DNA from: Epiperipatus broadwayi
Lineage: Eukaryota; Animalia; Onychophora
Direction of reading: 5' to 3'
Assembly (NCBI GenBank): GCA_028023455.1
Contig: JAQFVV010000003.1
Location: 13,516,001 to 13,580,000 of the forward strand
Length of the DNA stretch: 64,000 nucleotides
Shown here: one piece after another, positions 13,690-27,489 of the stretch
Layout: the number at the start of each line of letters is the position of its first letter
How positions within the stretch are numbered: the stretch's first letter is position 1
Notes under the pieces: model-generated
Database searches by the model: none
Seen by the model: only the letters and a program-made list of their open reading frames with translations
What the model was told of the DNA's origin: nothing
Program-made: the position numbers and the translations under genes

Positions 13690-15037
13690 TGTAACTTGTA
13701 CATCGTAGGAACTAGCCAGAGAGATATTCTCAAAGCATATTTTAATGTTTTATTCGTAATTACCCCGCAAATATGCTTTGTCCTCCTTAGATTTATATAT
13801 GTTGAGATGCAGGTGATAATTTTAAACTAGGTTACTAATTAAGTTAGTCCCTAAATAGTATATTTGAAATACTAAATTTGAGAACTGGGTTGTATAGATA
13901 TGCAAATAGATGCTATTTTTAAGGCACGATAATATTTAACGTATTTGTGTTATATATGTATAAGTTGCGGATGTGTCCTTACTAAGTACGCAATGTACAA
14001 TTATCTGCTTGCTGCATGATTCCTGATGAGTTGCTGGTGGAGGTCACACTTATCCACTTAGTTTGGGTAAAGCACTCTTTTAGAACTAGGGCACAAGGAC
14101 CTAGATTCATAATTAATGCTTATCCGACTCCCTGAACTACTGTTTCTATTCGTAGCAAGTTGAGCGGTTATAGGGCGACCGAGCCTTTGGAGACTGAAGC
14201 CCGTGAATAATGACCCATTTGCACCTTCTAGATTTATTAATATGTGCCAGAGAGTATATAGGTAAACCTATAATAAACGAGTTTTCTCTCCCTTTATGTT
14301 AAAGTGTATATCCTAATCTAGGTTAACACGCTAACCTGCATATCTCTGAGCCTGATTAAGTGCTCGACTTAACTTGATATAGATGCCATAGGAGTGCTAT
14401 TAAGTTAATTATATAACTTTGGCCATTAAGTTCCATGTGATTTAGCAGACTACATAAGGACTAGAAATTTGGCATATTAATATAGGTATAAACTTAAATA
14501 CCACACTACACTTGATGAGATATGTAACATTAATCTCGTTATGTGATGCCTGCATGCGTACTCTTTCACGTTAACATTACATAATTTTGTATATTTTAAT
14601 TTTACTATTTATTGTTTTATTAAATTAATATTTAAAATATAACTCATTTTCATATCTTTACTGTCCATGAGTTCATTTTATCCAACTCTAGATTTAATTG
14701 CACATACATCATTTTATCTATATATAGATCATTCTATTAGATTTCATAATCAATCATTGATATATTAGTGATTCATTTACTCATATATGGGTATATCTGA
14801 CCAAATCAGTGTTAAATTAGTTAATTTATGAGTCTCTTGTTTTACCCTGGGTGACTGCCGAACCGTGGTTAAATTGAATGTCTGTGTAAGTTGAGAAATG
14901 TCATCCATAGGGTATTAGATCATTGAGCAGAAGTGAAAGGATTGAATGTTGGTCGGAGTCTGGATCCCAGCATCCAGATTTGATCAGCTTTAGTGTATTT
15001 TGCCTGTGTTCTTACTGTTACAATTCTTACCGTTACA
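13690..15037 (+). mobile_element. Solo LTR (~1.35 kb), probably Gypsy/BEL type
   Basis: Termini TGTAAC...GTTACA; ATATA at 13685-13689 and 15038-15042 (5-bp TSD). Internal TATA-like and AATAAA motifs near 14256-14277; GC higher than flanks; no ORF. Strand inferred only from AATAAA. Confidence 0.65.
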
Positions 15038-15226
15038 ATATAACAGAAATAAATAATCTTTTAGATTTTTAAAATAAAAAACAAAGATTTTATAAACTGA
15101 AAATAATATTTCTAATAATAATGTATAATCTTTTTGTTTTGATTGCGATCTCATTTTTTTAATATAAAAACAGATAACCATTAACACAGCACAAGACTGA
15201 AAGTGGTGCTAGTTGTACATCACATC

Positions 15227-15306
15227 ACAAATAAAAATAAAGTGGCTAACAGGTTTCTCTGGGCATAATCGCCGAGAGATTCTTGACTTCATTTAAGAAG
15301 CCACAA
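15227..15306. mobile_element. 80-bp insertion with 11-bp direct repeat inside MITE A
   Basis: TACATCACATC at 15216-15226 and 15307-15317. The segment is absent from MITE copy B. Confidence 0.65.
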
Positions 15307-18300
15307 TACATCACATCGAATCTGATTTCTTACCAGTTTACAAACGAATGCTAGTGGTAATGATTAAAATATGTATGAAAAAATAAATACTGTAGTTAAT
15401 AAAAAAGTTTGTCTTATATTAATGTTTTTCAAATATTTGACATTTTTTATTAGTCATAATTTATTAGCTTATTTTTTTAATGCGAATTCTGAAAATTACA
15501 GAACCTATCCCCCATTTTTCAAGGTAAGTTAAGTCTATTTTTGGGCAATTTTTTTAATGTGGGTTTTCCGTGGAACCTATCTACTGCATAAAACGAGACC
15601 CAAGTGTATTTGTATTGGAACCCATACCTAATTTTGGAGATCTAGCATCTTATCCTACAATGCAATAAGAAGTTTTCTTGATTGAATTACTTATTGTTTA
15701 TTCAATTAACATCGATATTTGAAGTTATTTCACTATATGCCATCAGTGAATTTTGTTGACATTCTAAGTATAGTATCTGACAAATTATCCAATACATTTT
15801 TTTAATGAATTAAAATTATCCAAAAACTTTAATAATTGGTTTCTATATGTGCAACCAACATTTCTACAAATCCTACATCAGCATATTCGATATAAATTCT
15901 TTCATTCAGAAATTATTTTTTATACTGTCTTCTAATATGATTTTCATTATCTAGACACTTTAAATTCTTATAAAGTTCAATTAAAAAATTGAGATCCACA
16001 ATTTCCATTTATTAAGTGAAAAAAGAATTATCAAAGTAGTCTTCAACAATTCCCGTAGATTCTCTTATTGCATCTGGTAAGCCCATTCAGAGATTTTAAA
16101 TGTAAATCTTCTTGCACATCCACTGCTCATCTTAGTATGCAGATAACTAATTCAAAATTAATTCACTAATTTATAAATAGTATAATCATTAAATTTTTTT
16201 CGAAAAAAATTAGACATTTTCAATATCAGAATATTCCCTACATGTTATAAAATGATCATTGCACACTTTTCTTGAATGGTGATCAGAAAAGTATTAAAGA
16301 ATATTACTAACATTTAGAGAGAGCTATTGAATAATATAAAATGTGTATTTAGTTTAAATGTTTAGAATAATTGTGTCATTATAAAAATCTAATTTTTGGT
16401 ATTAAGATATAAACCAAAAAGGAAGATCCAAAAGAATATAAACAGATATCTTAAAAAAAGAGTATGAAACTAATTTGCATTCATTTAAGTCTACCCCTCC
16501 CCACCCATAAATGGACAAAAGTAGAGAGCAATCTATAAATGACTAAACCATGGTTTTTTATGAGCCAATGTTATTAGAGCATTTTTTAAAAAAATATTTT
16601 GTAAATCAGACAAAACAACTTGTATGTAGGGCTGTTCTTATGGTAAAGCAAATGAGTAGAGAAGTAATAGTAGGTTCTTTTATTTTCAGAAGTCCTACAT
16701 TTCATTCATATACTGATATACAAATATAAAATTATATGTATTAAATAGTTTCTTTAATTTTCAATATATTTTATTTTTAAATGCTTTTACCAAAGATGGA
16801 AAATCAGTTTGTTAGTTTATTTGTTAAGTTTTGATCTTTTTCAAGTTAGAATGAAATTTTAAAATTGAGGTTTAATATATTTAAATACAATAGAATTGCT
16901 TGAAATTTGATAATTAACTAAGTTATACAAGCCTAATTCATTTGGAGTACTTATCTTTTCAGTAAGTCAACTAGTTTCTTAGATATGAAAGAGTGTGGAA
17001 AAATATTCAATGATTTCATGTATTGCAGTTAAAGTTTGATTTGTTTTAAATAATGTTTATAGAGGGCAGTATAAAGATTTTTTCTTTTAATTTAATAACA
17101 TTTTAACCATTTTAAACTCTTAATATATATATATATCAATATTTAGTATGTATACATAATTATATATTATAACAAATCAGTAACTAAGATTTATATTAAA
17201 ATTGTTTGAGTTTTTATTATTATTTTAAAACAATAATTAAAAGATAATGAAAACTTGGTAGTTTTCTATTCTATCATGTCAGCCGCTTGATGGTGCTACT
17301 TATATGAAAAAGCACATAAATCTGCTGTTTATGTGGCCATTGCCTTCTAGGCCTATATATCTATACAAAAAACAGAGAGGCTATTTAATACACAGCAGTC
17401 AGTGGCCGATGATGCTGTTAATTTCTATTGATATCAAAAGAGAGTAATTCTGACTTCTTTCACATGCAAATTATATATTGTAATTTCCTAGAGATCCATC
17501 TGATCCTGACACCTTCAGATTTTTTTTCAACTAAAAATTTTAAAATGATTTCAGTGGTAAAATAAAACTATGCATGATAATCCAACATTATGGACAGGTA
17601 CAAAATAATGAAGAAAAGATATAGTGATTGCATTGCCATCATGCTACCAACACAGTAAAACTATATAGCATTGACACAATTATAATAGAATATGTTAAGT
17701 AGTCTGAACAAAATAATTCATTAGAGCTTTATAAACTAAGTTAAAACAATTCTGATTTTTTTTAGTTTAATATTTTTATCAGCAATGTAATACCATACAA
17801 TAAGGGGAAAAATTATTGTTCTTTACAAATCTTCTTACATATTTCAGTTTAATTATTTTTTCTAAATTTGCAAAGTTGAAATAATATTTTAAAAATAATT
17901 TTCATTTGTAAATGTACCTTTCTGACAAAGAATAAAGGTAAAGTTGATCAAATAAAAAGTTATGAAAGAAATCTAACCGGCTGCTAAGGATTTTCAAAAA
18001 ACAAAACAAAACTATTAAGAGATTAATAAGATTTTTTATGTTTTTTTAATATAAACTGTAGTTTACATATATAACAATTAGCTATTTAGTTGTAATGCTA
18101 GAAATGTCCCATTTGCATATATAAAAAGTAGCTACTTAATCATAATGCTAGAAAATATCCTGCTTGTTAAGCTTTATTTTTGATTAGCATGTGTGTGCAT
18201 TAATATTGATATAACAAAAACTTTTATTAACTAAAAAGTTGATACATTTGTTGCTTGTCATTTGTGTAGTGTAGAAAGACAAAAAAGATGATGAAATGTT

Positions 18301-18537
18301 AAATTAATTTTGTAATTAATTAAAACATTTGAACAATATTGCCATCTAGTTATCCATTCAAAAATACACATAACCTTGAGCTAATTAATTAGGTTGGCAC
18401 ATCCAAAGACATATAGCCTCAGGCTAAACGGTTAATTTAGTTTGGTATTTGCCACAGAGGAAGGGGAGTTCAATTGCAATAATTGTGTTTTTTAAAAGGC
18501 ATTGTCATAAGATAAATAGGGCTGAAAATTTAAAATC

Positions 18538-18643
18538 AAAGTCAGTTCAAGAGTTACATAGCCAGAAGTCACTTTTCCAGTTATATAGCCAGAAGTCAGT
18601 TCGCAAATTATATAGCCAGAATTCAGTTTTCCAGTTATATAGC
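18538..18643. repeat. 27-bp tandem repeat, ~4 copies
   Basis: ATAGC(C/T) recurs at 18558, 18585, 18612 and 18639; unit ~ATAGCCAGAAGTCAGTTTTCCAGTTAT. Confidence 0.85.
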
Positions 18644-21061
18644 TACACTATAGTTCACAATATATGCAGCCAGTGTTCCAGTTGCAAGTTATCCAGTATT
18701 TCAACTGCTGTCGAGAAGTTGTTTGGATGTTTTCAAGAAGTGGTTACCAAGGAATACAGTCTTGAATAATTGATATATAAATATATCACATTTGTTTTAA
18801 ACATACATGAAGGATATGGATAATTTAGAAATAGTATTCCATCCAATGGAAGGCTAACGCAGCTTGTAGCCCCTGTCATTTAGCACAATCAGCTCTAAAA
18901 TGCAGTTTGGTGTTTTTGTACTATCCAGTCCGAAAAGTAAAAATGGCTAGAAATAATCTTTAAACATACATTACTCAATTGGCTATCTCTCTTCTGGAAT
19001 TAACTACAACAAATCTTAAAAGTGGATTTTAAATAAATAAAGAAAAATTTACAGGATTTCATAATTATGGATTTATAACTAGGACAAAATATAACTTTAA
19101 ACATTGTATTCACAAAAGTGAAAGAAATAAAGACAACTGTTTCATGAACTGGACATTTGTAACAATTATAAATTCACATTTCAAATGGACCCTGACAAGC
19201 CTAGCTTCCTAAAACAAAGAAGCATGGATGAAAAATTAAAATACACAAATTAACAAACAAATTATTAACAAGTAAAGAAAACAAAAGAAACACTCATGTA
19301 AGAATTACTTTGGTTTAATTTTTAGTTAACCATTTGTATTTAATATAATCATATGTGTAATATATTTGGTCAGGCATTTGGAGTAAAGGGAAATATTTAA
19401 ATCTCAATTAATTTTAATGAACAGTAATGTATTAAACATTACAGTTGGATATCACATACCTTATCAAGTGGTGTATTACTTTCTTATGTATATAAATATT
19501 TTTTATGTTATTATTATTTTTTTGTTATACGATGCTGACACACATCACATATTATTATGGTAAAATAAACCACTACTGTTAACTGTATATTCCTGTGTAC
19601 ATTTTGCTATTCATGCATTCCCTTCAGCAGTGTTATATCTCACTTAATTCTCATTGCTTCATGAGCTATGTTGAGTTAACCAGATATCATCCATAAAAGG
19701 GTATAGTTTGAACCTGGATGGCACTATTTTGAGATTATCTACTATAAACAACTAAAATTTCTAATAACCTTCAGCCCTTACAAACATATATATCCTATAA
19801 TGGCCAACAAATATTGCTGTATGGGCTAAACATTATATGTAATAGCATTTATTCCTATAATGTCCTACAGTATATTCATTATAAAATACAGTAATATACT
19901 GATAATCAGTTTGAGTATGGAGCAAGGGGATATCCCATTACAATATATATATTTTAAATTTAGGATGACAAATTACATTTTTTGTCATAGCAAATCATTA
20001 TAAGAGATAGGGTCACATGATCTATAACTCTTATTTTGACTAATTATAATAGCTTGTTTCTTAAATTAAATTTTTGATTAATAAAGGATTTTGAGAAACC
20101 AATTGAGATCGTAGAAATTCACTTGCAGATGGGCAAAGTTTAATTAATTCCAATTTCTGCAAAGGTTAACAACAGTTCTGTCAATATATGTACAGATATT
20201 TATGTTGTATGTTTCTAAAACAAAAAAAGTCTTAAAGAGGGTGTCTGATAGAAGACTCTTGCATCTCCTTTCCCACCACTACAAAAAAAAAAAAAACAAT
20301 TGTTGTGAACTGTAGAATACAGATGACTTTCTAAAAAAGTTTTAATGTGAGGAATGGGATCAGAGTTGTGGCTTTTGATCCATATTTTCCCTAAACCTTG
20401 TAAATGCTAAGGCTATTCTGTGGTAATTTGTATATCTACACCACTTGCTTGATTATACAGATATCTTTCTAAAAAAAGTCTTAATGTGCAGAGGGGTGAG
20501 GGTATCATATTATCAAATGAGAGACTTGTATTTTGATACCCGCCGCCGCCTTTGCAAACGGTAATGATATTTCTAACAAGAATTTGATTTATAAATATAA
20601 AGGTGTTTTTTTTAAAATGAAAAAAAAAAACACAGAGCTTCAATAGTGAAAATCAATGTATACCTAAAAAAAAAAATATTTTTTTAAGGGGTGTTTTCAA
20701 ATTCGTCATTTTGTGTTTGCTCAATACCATCTTTGCATATATGAATAAAAGCACAACTGAAAAGATTTCATAAAATGAATTAATTACATTCAGTTATTTA
20801 AGATTTTCTTTCATAATTTACCATAGTTGTAAATTTAGTTTTTTTTTTTAACATTAAAACTTTTGAAAACTTGTCTGCCTTTGCGCTACTTTAAATATTA
20901 CATTCGAAATGTAAACAAGTACAGATTTTGTGACATAATTATGAATCTCCAGTCAGATGTTTGTAATAAATATCAAAATAATGTTTATTCACACGATTAA
21001 TATATAACAAACATAAAAACGAGATCATTCACTCATTAAAAATAAAAGAACAATAATGCTT

Positions 21062-21142
21062 TTAGAACTTCTGGCGTAATTTTATGTACTCTTCGAGTTT
21101 TTCTTCGGTTAAGGTCATTCTTCTCTCCAAAATAGATAAGGT
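21062..21142 (-). CDS. POC1: POC1 centriolar protein, last coding exon
   Basis: Acceptor (T)nAG at 21144-21143; 27 codons TLSILERRMTLTEEKLEEYIKLRQKF*. Matches the recalled POC1 motif TVSILEQRLTLTEDKL and is phase-compatible with the 26085 donor. Confidence 0.9.
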   Translation of the reverse strand, partial: TLSILERRMTLTEEKLEEYIKLRQKF

Positions 21143-21299
21143 CTAAAAAAAAAAAAAAGAATTATTAATATGTGTTTTTAAGTATATACGAATCTGTATA
21201 GATGGATGTATGGCAGATTACTAAAATACAACCATTTTATTGAAATAAATAAAAAAGCATTCATTAAAACTATCATAATAAAAATTACACATACATTCA

Positions 21300-21640
21300 C
21301 ACCCAATAGGGTCATTAAATTGATCAGAATTATAGCTTATATTTATCGGTAATTATTATTCCTCAGAATGCCCACAATCTAGATTCAAACCTAGGCTTAT
21401 TAGACTTTGAATATTTTCCAATAGGCTTAGTATTTTTCGTTTGAATGGTCAGTCCATAGACAACATGCTCAAATCTGAAGCATTCTGCAATTAACAAACT
21501 TAGCAGGTAATGCCTTCTTCTTCACTATTCTTATATAAGAACTGGTAAGATCTTTTCCATGAAGTGGACTATTTAAAGCCTGTTTTATTTTTTATCTTAT
21601 ATTCATCTCTATGTACTAACTCAGACTAACCCACATCTAT
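21300..21640 (-). mobile_element. Possible R4-like (REL-type) LINE C-terminal fragment
   Basis: Minus translation has SPLHGKD followed by a decayed ...NCRM... zinc-knuckle-like stretch. Heavily degenerate. Confidence 0.3.
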
Positions 21641-21689
21641 TTCTTGATTATTCCTGTCAATGTTCTCTATCTTCTTCCAAAGATAATGA

Positions 21690-22080
21690 TATAGAATCTA
21701 ATATGTTCAAACTATTATTTCTAATGATTCTCAATAAAAATGAGATGCTGAAGAAATATAGATTATTCTATACTATAATGTTGGAGAAAACTTAGAGAAT
21801 ATAGAAAACAAACACTGGGACACTCAATAAGATAGGACTTTTAACTTTCATTATAAATATAAATGAAAGAATTGAAACTTATTTTGATCATATTACAAGA
21901 TGCATTAATCCTTTAGAAGAGTACACAATATTCATCCAAAAGATTGATTTTTTTGTAACAGAAGATGAAAACAACCAGCAATGAGAGGGAGATTATTATC
22001 AAAATAAAAAAAAATGAACTAAGAAAAAACATAAAAAAAACAGATGAAAGATCATTTGTGAGAAATTGCAATCATGATGC
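21690..22080 (+). mobile_element. RTE LINE 3' fragment
   Basis: CWRK and YFDHITR motifs, typical of the RTE ORF2 C-terminus. Lies in the last POC1 intron. Confidence 0.6.
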
Positions 22081-24189
22081 TAAGAGTGAAAATTATCTTA
22101 ATGATATGTATTATTAATAATAATGAACTAACATATTAATTAATAATATATATATGGATTATGATGGCTGATCTGTGCACAGAAAACATCTATTTCTATA
22201 TTAATAACAGAAGTAGCAGTCAAAGTAATAGAAGTATTATTATTTATTTTAAAAAGGTTGTATAAATACATAATAAAGGATTCTATAAAAAGATTAATTT
22301 CTTAAAATAAAAAGTATTTCAAACATTATATTACAAAATAAAAGATTTTGGGGAGTAGAGAACTATATCCTAGGATTTAAATTCAATTGTATGAATATTG
22401 AAATTTTTTCAAGTCACAAAAAAGATTACAACTTATTGTTTGATCTAGAAAGCTCATAGACAAACAAGATATCTACTCAGTAGTGGTTTTGTAAAAGAGA
22501 ATATTTCTAAGAATGATAAACTCATAATTATATTTACCTTACTTTATAATCATACATTTTCAACATGGACTTTCATAAATTAAAGATGTACTCCAGCCGT
22601 CTATATCCTATCTGCCAACATACCAGTCAATGTTGATAATAATTAACAATACAGCTCTATAATAGCATGATGGATAAGAGTTGATAAGCAACAAGATTAT
22701 TTAAAAGTTGTTGATCTATGTTCTTGTAGATATTATCTAATAATTTAATTACTAAATGTTCATTTATTAGCACATTTAATATGGAGATGTGCCAGAGCAG
22801 TAAGAGATCAGCCATGTTAATTTGTCTACACAGCACATTCTAGTTACGAACTTTAAATGACAGAGACTAAAACATAGCCAAATAAATTAAGATTGAGTGA
22901 ATCACACTGTACTCTTTCTTAAAGTAAAAATATGGATTGCCGAATCTTCAGATTTGCAATTATTACTGATTATTGTCTTTCCTAATGAACAATGATACTA
23001 AGTTAAGTCATGTAAATATTTTTTATAACAATGTAAAGAGAAAACAGACTGATAATCAAATCCTTGTCCATCAACCATAGTTTGATTTCATATTGTAATG
23101 GGCACATATGCCATTACATTATTTTAAAATTAAAATAAAAGGATCGTAAATAAAAATTGATTTATTAAAAATAGAAAAAAAAAACTTAACTTAAAAACTG
23201 AAAATTAAAAGTTATATTTAACATATATATTGTCTCATAGATAAAAAACTTTAAAACTATTTTTTTTAAAAAAGAAAAAAAAAGTATTTGAAAGTATTTT
23301 TTTTAAAAAAGTAAAAATATAAAGATTGATATTTTGAAAATAGAAATAATGTTGATTTCTATAATCTTAGAAAATGGAAATGATTGTTTTATTAATTAAA
23401 TGATTCTTCTAAAGGACCCTAGCCCTTGGGGCACTCGAATAATTAAATGGTCAGATAAGAGAATAAAAAGAAATTAAATGACCAATGCAAGCACGAAGCC
23501 ACAGCACGGACCGTAAATGGAACATGAGAATCAGTGACAACATGTTCGATCGATCTGGAAAAATGCTGATAAGAGGCTAATAAAAATATAAAACCCCAAA
23601 TATATAAATTCAGTGGATTATTATTGTTGTTGTTGTCTTAGATGCTGACTATTAAGCTAGATATGAACTGTAGCTGTATTACAGACTTCATGATGTAGGA
23701 GTCTGCAATAGATTTAATTTCTTGACAACCAGCTGAGACCTCCCTATGACAGTTATGGACCAAAAGGAATGGCAAGTAGCAGCTTCATTTTAAAAAAGGA
23801 CAAACAATCTACGTAAGTGATCATGAAGATGGACCTCTAAATCTGAAGAATCCGTAAAGTATAAACTTTTACCAATTGAACCTTCTTTTAAATAAATATA
23901 TCTTCAATAAGTAATCAATCTGTAAAAAAAAAAAGTAATATAAATAAATGAACTCTTATCTGACCAAGAATAGAACTCTAAATCAATTATTAATATTTAT
24001 TTTATATAAGTTTGCTATTTCAATCATTTCCATTTTTATTTATTTATTTATGTTTGTATTTAACTAGGTTATTTATTTGTATCTGTTAACTAAAATGTAA
24101 TAAATTTAAGTTGGATGTAGATAGTTGCATAGATTCATTAACGTTTAGTTATTTATTTATTTTTTGATTTTCATATGATTAATATATAT

Positions 24190-24900
24190 ATATCAGTAAA
24201 TATGACACCTCATGTTGAGTGTCCAAACATATTTATTCGTATATTTTTTAAGTTATTGTTGTCAATGCGGCACCTTATGATGAGTGCCATTGTGTTAACT
24301 TTATTGTAAATTTCCCTCAGCAATTCTCAATTAATTGTTGTCAATGCGAATCGTTTATGTTCATTTTGAAGGAGTTTAATTTCAGGCTATTTGTCTTGTA
24401 GTTAGGTCGATGCTGGTAGAGGGATATATGGGTGTTTATATCAATGTAATGTGAAGCATGTTTAGCATACAGGACAACATGCCCAACTGAATGCATGACC
24501 CAAAGGCATAGTCATTGCGTTCTAATGTACGCAGATGTATTTCCTGCGACATTGACCCTTTTTAAAAAGCTCCATAGATAGGGACTATAAGTCGGCAGAT
24601 AGACCGTTCTCCCCCATACATAGCATTTCTCTTTAATTATTTTATATACATAATTCCTTCGCCAGACAGACACACATTCCTGTACTGGATGAGGATCATG
24701 TCCTTCAAATAATATCACGCTGTCAGATGCACATTCCTGTCAGCATGGTTTTATGCTAGCATCTTCATATTGTATTGGTTGCATCTATATATCTGGAAGC
24801 AGGCGTTGGGTTGGCTACGAACTTTTAGTCTGAGATTGAATGATTGTTTTGAAAAGTTTTTAACTGAAAAATCTATGTAGTCTATCTATATTCAACATTC
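24190..24900 (-). mobile_element. Probable Penelope-like element 3' remnant (GIY-YIG endonuclease)
   Basis: ORF 24512-24718 contains NYVYKIIKEKCYVWGRT, resembling the PLE 'VVYKIxCxC...YIGxT' motif. Related stem-loops at ~24205 and ~24270 lie near the 3' end. Confidence 0.5.
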
Positions 24901-25379
24901 TAAAGTAAAATATTATTAAAATGTCCATCTACATGGACTTACTCCAAATAATTTAAATTTAAAATTAGTATTAAAATCTAAACAAGATGAATTTTATTCC
25001 TCAATTTGTAAATATTTATATGTACTTTAATAAATGTTTTTTGTGTGTTATTACTGGCAGTGGCTTATTATTATTATTTTTTTAATATTAAAAATATATT
25101 TCTGTGTCTCCATGAGCTAGTGGCATGGGCTAACGGTCATAATAATATAATATAAAATAAAGTTGGATCTTAACAGTACATATCTGCCTACTATATAAAT
25201 TTTCCAGGTTTGAATGGCCTGGTGATGCCCAGCAGATATGATAAGAATCCAAATACCAATCTACCCTGACCATTATAATTGGCTCCCAGTGGGCTGCTCA
25301 AAGATTGTTCTACTTATCATAAATCTATTTTTTTCTATCACTTGCAAGCTTAAAATTAAGATCTCTTTGGCTAATATTA

Positions 25380-25700
25380 TTATTGCTAATATACAGAAAC
25401 AGCCCTGCTGCTGTACACATACCTCTTCAACACTTTTCTACAAAGATTGGTTATAAAAATTCATTTCTCACAAATCTCTTCCTATCTCAAAGTAGATCTT
25501 TTCAAAGAATGCTTTTTATCTCTTGATATCCAGTGCAGAATTTCTCTAGTCCATCAACTGTCATCTCATCTTGTTATATATCCATTTTATCTCAGTTTAA
25601 CTACAATTATATTATTAATATCAATTTGAGCTTAAATATATTCATTTATTTTCATATTCCTTCTTACTATTGCTAATATAACTTGCTTCATTCTCTTTTA
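25380..25700 (-). mobile_element. RTE LINE 3' fragment
   Basis: Minus translation WTREILHWISRDKK...RST resembles RTE 'RWT..IL.W.P...KR..GRP'. Confidence 0.6.
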
Positions 25701-26084
25701 TATTATTTGCAATCTATATTTCATTTTACATTTTATAGTTCATGCTTCATAACCATAAGTAAAATTAGGCAAGACACAAATACATTTTTCTTTTTAAATA
25801 TAATGACATTACATTTAAATATGAATATTATGGAATATTTATCCCATTCATAAAATATACATGATAAATAAATGAACGAGATTTAAAAATAACAATAGCA
25901 AATGATAAAAAAAAAAAAAAATCCAGATGGAAATATTATACATATTTAAACATCAAAGATATGCATATAATAATAAATAAATAAATGAAGATAAAACTGA
26001 TTTAAAGATATATTCTAAAAAATTTTTTAAAAAAAACAATAAAAAATTTATGCACTAATAAGTAATGTCTAGATTAATGATTAC

Positions 26085-26201
26085 TTGTGTGAGAATATCT
26101 AATTGGTCAGCGAACAGTTCCAAAGTGTTGCTTAAACCAGCAGGGGCTGTTATGATTTCTAAAGGCTTGGACTTGGAATCAAATAAATTAGAACTGAAAT
26201 C
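26085..26201 (-). CDS. POC1: POC1 penultimate coding exon
   Basis: Acceptor TTGTTGTTTGTAG and donor GTAATC; 117 bp, phase 0-0: DFSSNLFDSKSKPLEIITAPAGLSNTLELFADQLDILTQ. LSNTLE..DQLDILTQ matches the recalled POC1 'TLEHIVGQLDVLTQ'. Confidence 0.9.
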
Positions 26202-26310
26202 CTACAAACAACAATAAATATATAAATACACTAATGTAAAATATTAATGTCAATCTATCAAAACATTATTTATAAAAACGACCATTATATTATTATGCTA
26301 AAAAAATTAC

Positions 26311-26341
26311 AGTATCAATTCTTTGCATTTTGGCTGTTAAA
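26311..26341 (-). CDS. Possible additional 31-bp POC1 linker exon
   Basis: Acceptor ACTTCAG and donor GTAATT; reads LTAKMQRIDT and ends in phase 0, compatible with 26201. No homology support. Confidence 0.25.
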
Positions 26342-27489
26342 CTGAAGTATTATTATTCATAATACTTATGCATTCATTTCTGATTATTTATTAAAATTAA
26401 ACTACATAACTCTCATTTTTTAATTTTTATTGTCTAAAACTTTTTATTGTTATGCAGTAATAAAAGACAAGTCATAAATTCATTCAGCAGTTAAAAAATA
26501 ACATGCAATAGATTATCACAATTCTAAACTGCATGACTTAAATATTTTTTTAAAGCAATTTTACATTAGTCATCACAATAGTTTAAAAAATCAATCAAAA
26601 TTTGTTTATCCATATCCTATACAAACATTTATAACACCATAATGATTGCTAACTTGTGCATGATATATATAAAATAACAACTTGAAATTCTACACTTCAA
26701 GTTAATTTTAAAAAATCGGAATTAAAAAATATGTTAAAACCTTTTAATATATAAGCACAATTGCATCAGCCACTTGATATAACATAAAGTGACAATCATA
26801 TTCATAACATATTCTTTTATAAAAACGTTTAAACTAGATGTAAGCTGTACTGATTTGTAATCTTGCATGATAGGCAAAAAAAGATTCTATGATAAAGTTT
26901 TTTTAAAAAACAACAACAAAAAACAGAAAAAATACATCAACAATTTCAGTAATAAAATGTGGTAAAACAATATGTCCATAATACATTCTTTTATGCTCTT
27001 TGTGCATTATAATAGGCTACTTAAATGACAATGCTCTCTCCATACCCATACTGTAAAACACTTGCATTTGTTTCAAATTGTTATAGCTCATGAATTTCTT
27101 ATATTAAATTTAATGTATTTTAGTTGCAGTTTTGATCAGTAGATAGAACATCTTTTATTCCAAAAATTGTTTGTATGATGACATTAATGAATATATGCCG
27201 AAGATAACAATTTCAATGGATGCCATAAGTAGATCTAGTTAAGTAATGTGTTATGTTTATTTAAATTTTAATATATATATAATACTTACATGTGTAATAT
27301 GTGTTTAAATTTATAAGTAAATTGAAATGTAAAACATGCTACTGTAGCATCATCTTTATCCAGAAGTTTTCTTTAGTAGTAAACTTTTAATAATATTTAT
27401 CACTTTTTAAATTATATATAGCATTTATAAAAACCTTATTACTTTTAAATTTTGTATTATTTAAATATATTATAACACTATGACATGAT

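Larger units (their letters stand above)
11888..15606. mobile_element. pogo/Tigger-like MITE (copy A) split by nested insertions
   Basis: TIR CACCTGGGTCT(C/T)GTTTTATGC at 11888 and its inverse ending 15606, with TA on both flanks. 11888-12220 and 15043-15606 align to the reverse complement of 53037-53907. Confidence 0.85.

Noticed and set aside
14022-14070. CTGATGAG inside the solo LTR as a hammerhead
   Set aside because: No stem II-GAAA arrangement follows.
19600-19860. FMDDIW on minus as an LTR/DIRS reverse transcriptase motif
   Set aside because: A single degenerate motif with stops; neighbouring RT motifs are not convincing.
23700-23815. Plus-strand exon (LRPPYDSYGPKG...|GTAAGT)
   Set aside because: Lies among TE remnants antisense in the POC1 intron; no partner exons or recognisable protein.
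23820-23860. TGAAGATGGAC...TCTGAAG as a decayed PLE hammerhead
   Set aside because: Needs several substitutions in both the stem and the core; too speculative for one copy.
24200-24295. Two related stem-loops as PLE hammerheads
   Set aside because: Neither has both CUGANGA and GAAA; kept only as part of the PLE remnant.
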